A stretch of DNA of 64,000 nt from the NCBI GenBank assembly GCA_002269645.1, contig NIVC01000744.1, forward strand, positions 213,251 through 277,250. Reading direction: 5' to 3'. The translations under genes were made by a program, and so were the position numbers. Below, one piece after another: positions 9,971-21,500 of the stretch (position 1 is its first letter; each line of letters begins with the position of its first letter). Source of the stretch: Macrostomum lignano (taxonomy: Eukaryota). Under the pieces are notes generated by a model that was given only the letters and a program-made list of their open reading frames with translations, was not told the DNA's origin and did no database searches.

Positions 9971-12953
9971 CACGGTGCTTCCCACGTGGCAAAATGACTT
10001 AAAAATGGCCCAAGAAAACGGTTACTAATGTTGCAAACTAGGGTGCCTCAGCTGTCTAAAACATATTTTAAAAGAATCGTTAGTGCTTGTCTTGTCATGA
10101 TAAAGCCAATTAAACACTTATACTATTTCAAGTGTCTTTAATGCATTGTAAAGTGTAGAACTTCAAGTTTAATCATTTATGAGACAAGTACAATCAATAA
10201 TTTTAAAGTGAGGGAGTGGTTGAACTCAAGTCACTGCCTCAAATCACGCAATATGCCCCTAATTGTATGAAGAGCTTATATTGGAAAAGTGTCAGAGGGG
10301 TGGGGTGAACAGGAGTACATTCGTGCAATGTTCACCTCTCCAGATCCTAGTAGTGGTTCTAAATGAGTGCTCTTGCATAGTGCTTTAGCCCTAATCAATA
10401 AATTTTACTTTCAGTTTATTGATTGGCTTTAAAATGAGTTGATACGGTGAGTTAGAGAAGCATTGGGTTAAATATTGTTAGTGTGACAAAGGTCAAGAAA
10501 ATCAGCTCATACTCCTGAATTCTAGCTAAACTCTACGACCTATCTTCTAGAAAAGATAGTTGATTAAGCAATGCCCAACAGCTTGAAGTCCCATGACCAG
10601 TGCCAGCAGAGTGTATGTCTACTTTGTCTGCGAAAGGCTGAGCGCCGCCTGAATGACATCACAACTGTTGAGTAGTACGTCCTTCCGAATTATTCGTCTG
10701 TGCGGCATCTTCTGCCTGTTGGAGTCTGCGAGGGCTGCCGTCGAATTATTTCTTCGCTTGGAGGCCCAGCACCTCGGCCTTTGCCGCCCAGACTCAACTA
10801 TGAGCAAATGCTAGCAGATCTGAGCAGCAATCCTGTGAGTCGAAGATCGCAACCAAACTGCCCATGCGAGATCTGCAAGATTGCCCGCAGCAACCTGCGC
10901 AAAAATGCAGATCCACACAGCACCTATGCAACTGGTACACTTAACTGCACCAGAGGCCGTCCTTCAACTAGTGCAGATGCAGCCCAGGCTCCTTTGCGGC
11001 TCTGCTCTGGCTGCCACTCGCCCATCGGCAAGGGCAAGTCGCATCGCTGCAACAAAGCAACCCGGCTAGCAAATCTGAGCAGCTTGATCAGCCCTGGAAC
11101 AGCAGAGCAAGTCGCTAGCACCACAGTTGCTGCCAAGCTGCAGGCCACCGGGGCAAGCACCGTTGCACTGAAAAGAGCGCAAGGAGGCAGACCTCTAGCT
11201 GTCACTGTGGCCAACACAGCCTGCAGCACACGACAGCTGGCTCCAACAACAGCTAACACGATGCTTTGGCTGAAAGTTGCATTAAATCTCAGCAACCGGC
11301 AAACTCTGCAAGCGGCCAGCATTTTGCGAAAAGGAGCCGGCTCAGGGAAGGCTGTGCAGTCGAACTTGGGTGCAAGCCTCACTGCCAGAAGCCGGCATCT
11401 GAAAGACTTTTTTGTGAGCAAGCTGCTTGAAGTCGACAGCAAAGTGGCTACCGCAAAAAACGCCGTGATCTGCAGTGATGTGCAAGGCCTGATTGAGAAG
11501 GTCGCTTCTGAGAGGGGCTACACGGATGTCGACGTAAAGCTTGGTCTTGACGGAGGCGGTGGATTTTTTAAAATTTGTGCCAGCCTGCTGCATCGAAGTG
11601 ATAGCCAAGAAAGTCAGTCGACAAAGGACCAGCTGTTTGCCGATTCTGGAGTAAAAAAGCTGTTGCTGCTAGCAGCTGTGCCAGACATGAGCGAGTGCTA
11701 CAATAGCATCAAAGTTCTCTTTCAGCATTTGAGCCTTGGAGGAGTAACGGTGAATGCAGTAGCAGCTGACATGAAGGTTGCGAACCTCATCTGTGGCCTC
11801 CAGTCACATGCATCCAGGCATCCATGCTGCTATTGCGAGGCTCCTGTGCCACTGAACACCTGTGGCCCGATGAGAACTGTTGGAAGAATACGACAGATGG
11901 CCTTGGACTTCGCCAGCAGCGGCAAAGAGAGAAGCAGTGCAAAGGATTTCTACAACTGCGTTGAGGCCCCTCTGCTTCAGGCAGACGATGAAGCCGAGAT
12001 TCTGTTCGTTCTGCCTCCACCGGAGCTGCATCTGATGCTTGGCATCACGAATCGCATCTTCGACGCATTGAACTCGGCGTGGGGCAACAACTGCGCGTAT
12101 CAGTGGGCCCATGACCACAGCATTGTGCGCGTTGGATACCGTGGCGGCAGCATGGAGGGAAACGCCTGCCACACTCTGCTTCGCAAATCTGCAGAGCTTC
12201 ATGAGTATCTGCCGCAGAACCTGAAGCCCTACGGTTCTTGTTTGATGCGTTTAGATTCCGTCGTCAGTAGCTGCTTCGGTTCCCAGCTGCATGCAGATTT
12301 CCAGCAGCACATTTTGCAATTCAAGACTGCATTTGAGCTGCTTGGTCTGCCAATTTTCCCGAAAGTGCACGTGCTGCTGCACCACGTAGGAACCTTCTGT
12401 AGCGCCACTGGTAGCGCACTCGGCCTGTTTAGCGAACAATCCTTTGAGAGCGTGCACCGCGATTTTGCTCAAACTTGGCAGAGATTTGCTCTGCCCACGC
12501 AGCACAGCAAATTCCCAGACGCGTTGCTCTCAGCTGTCATTGCATACAACAGCTTTCACATTTGACAATTTACTTGTAGCTTAGTTTCAAATTCCTTTTG
12601 TCTTTACTGTACGAACTTAACTTGTTCTTTGTTGAATTTCATTTAGTATTGCTTATTCTTCTACTATTTCTTCAAAATTTTTGGCCTAAATTTCAGCTTT
12701 ATTTTGTTTAAATTCGCATTAATTTTTTCTTACATTTTTTCTGCTTAATGTTAATTTAATATATATTGCTCTTAGTTGGCTCTGCTTAATAGAAAAGGCC
12801 GTTAGAATAAAAAATTACTATATCATGATAAGACAAGCACTTACGATTCTTTTAAAATATGTTTTAGACAGCTGAGGCACCCTAGTTTGCAACATTAGTA
12901 ACCGTTTTCTTGGGCCATTTTTTAAGTCATTTTGCTACGTGGGAAGCACCGTG
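9971..12953 (+). mobile_element. Chapaev-type (CMC superfamily, RAG1/Transib-related) DNA transposon, complete with both ends
   Basis: TIRs at 9971-10102 and 12821-12953 (3 mismatches, 1 indel) begin CACGGTGCTTCCCACG. A 4-bp TSD TCCT lies at 9967-9970 and 12954-12957. The element carries a single transposase gene. Confidence 0.88.
10571..12565 (+). pseudogene. Chapaev transposase, 664 codons, one in-frame TAG at codon 35
   Basis: The ATG at 10571 is in frame with track ORF 10700-12565. The N-terminus MPNSLKSHDQCQQSVCLLC fits the H-x7-C-x2-C Chapa zinc finger, followed by PVGVCEGC, CPCEIC and CSGC..H.C. The predicted catalytic triad is D327 (GLDGGG), D400 (AADMK) and E626 (SEQSFES). Zn-binding CCYC and H-x4-H (KVHVLLHH) occur in the same order as in RAG1/Transib cores. 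TAG at 10673-10675. Confidence 0.85.
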
Positions 12954-15900
12954 TCCTGCTTTCCTTGCTATTAAGTCTTGTTGTCTCACTCTTGCTGATC
13001 TTTCTAAGCACTTTTTCTCTAGGTATTTATTTCCTTCTATTTTGATAAGTAAGATAGTCAGTGACTAGATCAAGCAATGCTTTGGTTGCTATCGCCAGTT
13101 TCACAGAGGCAACTATTTTGTTTTTGTCCAATAGATCCTTCAAGCTTTGTGTTTGTGTTTGTAGCCTACTTCAGTTTCATGGCATTGGACTAAAAGATTA
13201 AAAAAATTTTTGACTTGCAAGTTTATCTAAGTTTTTTAATCCACTCTTATCTGTGACTATGAAATTTACTAGGTTTCTAGTATCTTGACACTGCTCTTAC
13301 ATCTAATGACCAAAACACTTGTTCCTATCTTGGTGGCTATGTTTCTAAAGCTCTTTGTAGCCAGCTAAAGTGTATTGACTGCAAGAATCTTCTACTTACT
13401 AATGATTACTTGGAGTTTATTGCCAAAGAGGACTGTGCCGATGACTTTGCTCTGATTCAAATGTGTGACCAAGGTAGTCTGAAGTACCAAAGCAAATTTG
13501 TATTTTTTTCTTTTAAAGGCATCCTACTTCATGTCTAGACATATGCGAGATAATGGTCTATTAACTGCTAATCTTCTCACCTCTGGAAATTTAGTTCAAA
13601 ATATTTTTGAGCTCCTTCAGGACAATATGAGTGAATCCATTGATTTTATGACCCTTTCAAGCTGGACTTGCAGTTGTGGAAAGCCAGCAGCTACTCTTTC
13701 TTTGTGGATCTTGATTCTTGCAATCCAGATTTATCTAAAGAATTTTGTCAATGAGACAAACAATGAGAAGGCAAAGAATAAAAAGGCAATGAATCATAAG
13801 GCATCCAAACTTTCTAGCAAGAGTTCAAGCTAGCTGTTTAATATACATTTTAATGAAAGAAGCTTAGATTTTAAGTGGAGATTTTTTCTTTTTGTGTATA
13901 ATATTTCATGACAATTTTTACTTTTTTCAGTTTTTTTAATTTGTTTTATAATTTTCGATTGCAGTCTTTCATTTTCAAATAAACATATATCAATTTATAT
14001 ACATTTTATTATACTGAGTGCACTGAAATTGTGCCTATAAAAGTTGGATCTTTTTTTTCTTCCCTAGACTACCTGAGAGCCCACTTATTTTAGTGTCACT
14101 TCCTGGTGAGCAAAGCAAACAGAGGCTTCCCTGGAATGACTAGGCAAAAGAAGCATTGCTAGTTGCCATGCCAAGGGCATAGCTCTTGCAACTAAGCAAC
14201 AATTAAGATGAATATTACCAACACTACATTTTGGATCATATAGGTATATATCCAAAAATTTGGGCATGCTAACAAGGTAGTAAATTTAACAAATAGGTCA
14301 ATATTCAATAAGCCTAAAACTGCATTTTTAAAAACCAGAAAAATAAAGTTGTGATTTCAACAAAGTAGTTTTAATTGCCACTGGGTAATAGAAAATTCTA
14401 TCATCATGATAGGCACTTCAGTGAGAAAATTAAATTTCAGAAATTGTTATAGGCTGCTATTTCACTAGATAGATCTTACTTTCCCATTTCCAAAATGGCC
14501 AAACTTTAGTGATTTGGTTGAGTAATAAGGAAACTACAGCTATTTTAGTAACCCCGATTTGTGCCTTTAGCCAATGGAATTTTTACATTACGGTTTGTGA
14601 TCATTTTTGGCCAAAAAGTTGGCTTTTTGTCTTTGAACACTTGTAATTAATTTTCTAGCCAACCAAAATGACTGTGCTTGGTGTCATTTTGTTCAGTTTT
14701 TTAGTGTTAATTGTATGAATTATATATTTTAATATTATTTTATATGCCCAAGTTGCTAAGCTAATTGAAACAGGATGGGTGTATGAAATTTTGACTATTT
14801 TAACCAGATACGCAATGATTGCAATTTTAAAAATACAATAGCATCTGTTCTGCTTGCTTAATTTATACAAGGCTAGTGTCATTTTGTTCAGGTTTTTACC
14901 TACTATAATACTATTCTACTTCTTGCCCTAAATTTTTAATGCATGACAGACACCCCAACTGCAATGTAATGTGCTGTACAGGCTTTGCGCATGGGTTTAT
15001 TAAAAAACGGTTTTGCCTATCGTGTTCAGCATAGCAGAATTAGTTAAATGACACAGAGAACTAGTTTGCCGGAAGGCAGAGTCTCACAAAAAACACGAAA
15101 TACACGTTTCAATGGGTATTTTACATGTAAATGTATCAAAAAAAGAAACCTCCACAAAATTTTTGCGCCTATAGCTATTGGCAAGCGGTTTTTTTTACTG
15201 TGCTTGTATTGTCAATAGGTAATGAAAAATATAAAGAGAAACAATGCAGGAAAAGGATTTCATGGAAAATTTTGGATTTGAAATTTTGCATAGAGCCATA
15301 TGGGCATTAAAAGAAAAAAAATTTTTTTTTTAACACTAGAAAAATGTTTCTAAATTATCCCTTTACACTATAAAACCTTTGTTTCCATTATAAGAAACAC
15401 ATTGCAGCTAAGAAAAAGCATTTTCTGAACCACTGTTTTTTTATTCATTTTGGCTTCAATTTTATATTCCTCCTAAAAAATGGTCAACTTTAAAAATAGA
15501 CAGTGCAAAAAGTATAACAAAGCTAGACTTGCAGTTGGTGTCATTTGAAAGAGCTCCTTTTTACCTTTTAAATGCATATTTTACTTTCATCCTGGCTTCT
15601 ATAGTTTCTTTAAAATCGCCCTTGAAAAATTGGACTTTTTTCTTACTTTTTTGCCATTGGCACGCACTTCTTATAACTCACTGAAGTCCCTAATCATGAG
15701 TTTAGAAGTTTTTTATAAGAAAATTATTAAAATATATAGCATTGTGTCATTGAGATTAAAAAGTTCCTGAAAAATAAATTTGCTAAAACATGATTTGCCA
15801 AAACATTACTTTACCAAAATATTGGATAGCCCTTAAAAGCATTAGTCTCTCTGATGCAACCCTCCTAGATTCTAATCCTCAGAAACCTAAATTAAAAAAT

Positions 15901-18583
15901 TGTATTTAACTTTTCTAAAAAGTTAAAGTAAAATAAAAATAATTAAAATACAATAGATTTTTATTATACATGCACAACTGCTGGCCAACCAAACCAATCT
16001 AGCCATTATAAATTATGGTTGGTTGACCAAGCAAGGGTAAGTTGCAAAAATGTTCCAAAAGAATACAGAAACATATATAATACTAATTAGATAATAAGAC
16101 ATTTAGCCTTTATAAGACAGTCATAATTACTTTGGGGGATTTTAGAGAGTAAAGACAGACCCAAGGCCCAAAGCTGCCCAAGGGGTTGCAGAGGGGGTGG
16201 CTCTGTAAATCAGTAAATGCACTTGGTTCCCCTTTGATTTTCTTGCGTCTACACTTAAGGAGCATGCCTGGTCTGCTGCCAATATATAGTTATTAGTTAC
16301 ACCTTGCTAAAAAATTGTTTGATCTACACTTTTGCTTTGAGCCTAACCGGAATCGCAGAAAACGTTAGTGTAACGATTTCTAGTTTATTTAGTTTAGTTT
16401 ATTCTAGTTTATTTTCTAGTTTATTTACAATACATGGTGCATTTTAACTAGATTTGAATTACAGAATTTCCAAACCGTTACAGTTAGTCACATTATTATG
16501 TTGTATATTCTTTCAAACTCAAGTCAACTCACTGCTTGATAGAGGCACAGCATTGAGCAAGCCGAGCTCCATCCGACACGACGTGCTGTAACCATGATGC
16601 CGCGAAATTATGAATATATTTGAAATTTTACATTATAAAGCAAAAAAATTACTTAATAAAATCATCAGAAGTTTTTATTTTAGTTTTAATGACAACCATT
16701 TGTAAGTTTACTGATCTGTAGTAGCTTTCAAATATTATCTTTGTTAAAGTCTGTGTATATTTACAATGGCTAAATTTAACTCGCAAAATAAGGTGTATTT
16801 TGTTGGAAACAATTGGCCCTCCAAAGCGGCGTGTTAGTTATTTTTAGCTGGTGAAAAAGCCTTTTTTAGTTATGTCATTCAATCATTCAATTTTCATGAA
16901 CGCTACATTTTTGTCATGCTGGCAGTGGCTGTACTAAGTATTATCCAAATATAACTAGTCTAAATCTCTTAAGTTTTCTATGCTTGGATAAAACAATCTA
17001 TAGTGTCTTATGTTTTTGATATAGCAGAATAGCTTTGAGTAATGTCATTGTCTTCTTTCTATCAAAGCTAGATTTAAAATTTGAATATTATTTTTACTAT
17101 AGTATTTTAATGGTTTTACTTTTGTTATTGTATTATTCAAATAAAATATATAGAATAAACCCTTTATAGATCTATTTTACTTAAGATGGTAACACCAAAA
17201 ATCTTATAGACACTAATTTTAGTTTGGTTTTTTAAGTCATAAATGCTAATAGTTTCTTTTTATGTCTAACAAATTAAATGTTATTTAATCATTACTTAGG
17301 GGTAGTTTTAGGGAAGGAGTATATATATCATTATCATAGTTCTGTGTATCCCAGATAGAAGATTTGGTTTAATTGCAATGTATTTTAATAATAGTTTTAT
17401 ATTTATGTGCACCTCCTTATAGATTTTTCTGTATCTATTCCTATCCTCAAATATTAGGAACAATTTATAGGTTTATATAATTTATTCTTTGAAGTTTATG
17501 GATTTTTATGAACCTATAATTAAAAGATTTAGCTACTTTCTAAATAATTTTTCTCTATATAATTTTTAAGCCTAATTGCTTAAAAACAAATAGCATCTAA
17601 CTAGCTCAATGCAACCCAAATTTATATAGATTAAATTCATCATGCCTTTATTGATTCATATCAGAAAGAGTTCACCCAAAAAGTTCTGCATTTGTATTTG
17701 CTAGTAAAACTATTGTTCTTTTTTGAATTCCTAAATCCAATTTCACTTTCCAACCAGACTCGCTGTTTTCTCAATCTTAATCTCATCAGGCCTAAATAAT
17801 CCCTAGTAAATCCCGCGCCCCTATCCAGCATTCATCCAGCCTATTAATCAGTTGCCTGATTACCGCCCTTCGAGTCCCTGCCTCTCCCTGTTAGTGATGA
17901 GGCGAACTTTCGAGTCTTCCGAGAGAAGCTGGGAGGGACTCCAGCAGCCACCGCTGAACTTCTTGGCGGCGCCTCACCGCGCCAGGGCGGGCCAGAGGAG
18001 AGCGAAGGGGAAGAGGGAGGGCCCGCCATTTTGAGTTCTGGCGAATGGCTGCCCCAGCGCCTTCCTGCTGCCCATTTCCCTGCGGCTTCACCCCTCTTCC
18101 CCCTGTCCCATTCCCTGAGCCGCCCGCGCCCATTCGGATTCTGTTTCCACCTCGCGATCCTCTTCCTCCGCGCGCTCCCCCCTGCTTCTCTCCCCTGCCC
18201 CGATCTTGACTGCTCCGGCCTTCTCCCGCCCTTCTAAGCAGCCGAGCCCAGCGATTTCCCTGGCCCGCAGCAGCCCCGTCTCTCCCGCGCTCATCTGCCC
18301 GCTGCCTGCCGGCCCGAGTGGAAAACTGGGCAGGGCCGCCCCGCAGCAGCCTCGCGGTTGAAGCTCGCGCAATTTTTGTTTTATTGATGCCCGCCGGCCC
18401 GCCCGCCGCTGCGCCCGCCCCGTTTGCATAAATAGAGAAAGAGGCGCGGCCAGGACTGACCGGCGCAGCCGGCCCGCACCGGCCTTCATCAGCGACGTCC
18501 CCCACAGCCAGCCAGCCAGTCGAATCAACTGTCTCGGGTTCGAACTCGGGACCAGCAGCAAGCAAGTCGGTCAGCGCGCCGTG

Positions 18584-21500
18584 ATGGACTCGCGGAGCCG
18601 CTCCTTCCCGGTGCTGCCGCTGGCCTCCGGCGGCTCGGCGGACGACACACCGCAGACCCGCCGGCGCCACGGCGGTGCCTCCGGCTCCAAATCCAAGGAC
18701 GACGGCGGCCTCAGCTCGCCCTCATCGGGCGGCCCCGCCTCTTCATCGTTTGGCGCAGCCAGCAGCCTCGAAGGCGTCGACAAGGAGCTCGTCCGCTGCC
18801 TCAGCGAGCTGGAGAGCGGCGCGCCCGAGGAGAAGCTCGAGTTCGTCTTTCGCCTGTTCGACACCGACGGTAACGGCTACTTGGATACTAGCGAGGTCGA
18901 CGCCATCATCAGCCAGATGATGAAGGTCACTGAGTACCTCGGCTGGGACACCACAGAGCTGCTGCCGGTGAGTGCGCGGTTTCTGAGTTTGATTTGGGAT
19001 CCTGCTGACTTCCTCCCAGATCCTCAGTTGCTATGCCAGCCTCCCAGATCATCAGTTGCTGTTCCAGCCTCCCAGATCCTCAGTTGCTGTTCCAGCCTCC
19101 CAGATCCTCAGTTGCTGTTCCAGCCTCCCAGATCCTCAGTTGCTGGGCCAGCCTCCCAGATCCACAGTTGCTGTTCCAGCCTCCCAGATCCTCAGTTGCT
19201 GTTCCAGCCTCCCAGATCCACAGTTGCTGTTCCAGCCTCCCAGATCCTCAGTTGCTGTTCCAGCCTCCCAGATCCTCAGTTGCTGTTCCAGCCTCCCAGA
19301 TCCTCAGTTGCTGGGCCAGCCTCCCAGATCCACAGTTGCTGTTCCAGCCTCCCAGATCCTCAGTTGCTGTTCCAGCCTCCCAGATCCTCAGTTGCTGTTC
19401 CAGCCTCCCAGATCCTCAGTTGCTGGGCCAGCCTCCCAGATCCACAGTTGCTGTTCCAGCCTCCCAGATCCACAGTTGCTGTTCCAGCCTCCCAGATCCT
19501 CAGTTGCTGTTCCAGCCTCCCAGATCCACAGTTGCTGTTCCAGCCTCCCAGATCCTCAGTTGCTGGGCCAGCCTCCCAGATCCACAGTTGCTGTTCCAGC
19601 CTCCCAGATCCACAGTTGCTGTTCCAGCCTCCCAGATCCTCAGTTGCTGGGCCAGCCTCCCAGATCCACAGTTGCTGTTCCAGCCTCCCAGATCCTCAGT
19701 TGCTGTTCCAGCCTCCCAGATCCTCAGTTGCTGTTCCAGCCTCCCAGATCCTCAGTTGCTGTTCCAGCCTCCCAGATCCACAGTTGCTGTTCCAGCCTCC
19801 CAGATCCTCAGTTGCTGTTCCAGCCTCCCAGATCCTCAGTTGCTGGGCCAGCCTCCCAGATCCTCAGTTGCTGGGCCAGCCTCCCAGATCCTCAGTTGCT
19901 GTTCCAGCCTCCCAGATCCTCAGTTGCTGGGCCAGCCTCCCAGATCCTCAGTTGCTGTTCCAGCCTCCCAGATCCTCAGTTGCTGTTCCAGCCTCCCAGA
20001 TCCTCAGTTGCTGTTCCAGCCTCCCAGATCCTCAGTTGCTGTTCCAGCCTCCCAGATCCTCAGTTGCTGTTCCAGCCTCCCAGATCCACAGTTGCTATGC
20101 CAGCCTCCCAGATCCTCAGTTGCTATGCCAGCCTCCCAGATCCTCAGGGTCTGGGCCAGCCTCCCAGATCCACAGTTGCTGGGCCAGCCTCCCAGATCCT
20201 CAGTTGCTGTTCCAGCCTCCCTGATCCTCAGTTGCTGGGCCAGCCTCCCAGATTCTCAGTTGCTGGGCCAGCCTCCCTGATCCTCAGTTGCTGGGCCAGC
20301 CTCCCAGATTCTCAGTTCAACTGGGCCAGCCTCCCTGATCTTGAATTGCTGAGCTGCCCTCCCAAATCCTCAGTTGCTGGGCCGCCCTCCCAGATCCTCA
20401 GTTGCTGGGCCAGCCTCCCAGATTCTCAGTTGCTGGGCCAGCCTCCCTGATCCTCAGTTGCTGGGCCAGCCTCCCAGATTATCAGTTCAACTGGGCCAGC
20501 CTCCCTGATCTTGAATTGCTGAGCTGCCCTCCCAAATCCTCAGTTGCTGGGCCGCCCTCCCAGATCCTCAGTTGCTGGGCCAGCCTCCCAGATTCTCAGT
20601 TGCTGGGCCAGCCTCCCTGATCCTCAGTTGCTGGGCCAGCCTCCCTGATCCTCAGTTGCTGGGCCAGCCTCCCAGATTCTCAGTTGCTGGGCCAGCCTCC
20701 CTGATCCTCAGTTGCTGGGCCAGCCTCCCAGATTATCAGTTCAACTGGGCCAGCCTCCCTGATCTTGAATTGCTGAGCTGCCCTCCCAAATCCTCAGTTG
20801 CTGGGCCGCCCTCCCAGATCCTCAGTTGCTGGGCCAGCCTCCCAGATCCTCAGTTGCTGGGCCAGTTTCCCAGATCCACAGCTGATGGGCCAGCCTCCCA
20901 AAGTGTCAGTTGCTGGGCCGCCCTCCCAGATCTTTGCTGGCACATCGCAGTGCTCAGCTGTGCAAAAGAGGCATTTGCAATGCAATTCAGATATTCAGAT
21001 ACAGCTGTGCGTACAAATCTTTCAGCTGCACCTCAGCATCAGATAGTCGGCAAGTTCTCTGTGTTTCGTTGACCGTGGATATGCTTTTAAACAGTCACTG
21101 ATGAGCTCAATTTTATCCAACTTGAATTTAAAAAATAATTTTTAAAGGCTATCATTCTAATTCTGCTCATCCTCTCCCTGATCTGTCTCTGCCAGTGGCT
21201 GAGCAGTGTAAGCGCTATCAGCACGGCATGAGTCACCGTCAATCTCAATCGCTGATTGATGTTAGCAACATCATTGGCAGTTTTATATACAGCCTGTAAT
21301 TTGCTTGCGGCAGTGTCTGCTAATGCTAAATGCCCGCGTCCTTCATCACTGCTTGCCGCTGTCAGGCCGGTGCATTTCGTCCTTGAACTTTTACGACTCT
21401 TGATAAAACCCGTCATTATCTTAACTTCATTCTTAGAAACCCGTCATTACCCTTACCGCATTCTCAGGACCCCGCCAGTACCTGTCTTGCATTTTCCTCT

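Larger units (their letters stand above)
8213..13833 (+). mobile_element. Decayed THAP/P-element-superfamily (THAP9/Galileo-like) DNA transposon remnant, split by a nested insertion
   Basis: THAP-like start MGYKCYVPAC..IYKF..LLNKW at 8213 and an AVPTIF-like LIDDAVLCIFP near 8535. Transposase fragments: ERVVLVVIDET (about 9120-9150), VMCIFDKNAVNK, FLFGPVHNFKNI (about 9490-9520), SD*IKQCFGCYRQ..GNYF (about 13060-13120), LGGYV..C..C..LIQMCDQGSLKY (about 13330-13490). Many stops and frameshifts. TIRs were not identified, so the ends are approximate. Confidence 0.8.

Noticed and set aside
14330-15640. Possible old DNA-transposon ends (TATCATCATGATAGGCACTT, GGTGTCATTTGAAAGAGC)
   Set aside because: Only short resemblances are visible, and no paired TIRs, TSD or coding remnant could be established.
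18530-18555. GGTTCGAAC B-box as a tRNA or tRNA-derived SINE
   Set aside because: The flanks do not form a T-stem, and no A-box or cloverleaf is present.
18968-20450. 400-550 aa ORFs in DGK intron 1, and similar ORFs in the other arrays (4.2, 26.1, 28.1, 34.4, 35.6, 40.1, 46.3 and 53.1 kb)
   Set aside because: These are translations of tandem repeats that are open in several frames and lie inside GT-AG introns or intergenic arrays.
21090-21130. CTGATGAG (also at about 41427 and 47233) as hammerhead ribozyme cores
   Set aside because: There is no stem II followed by GAAA, and no stem I/III pairing.
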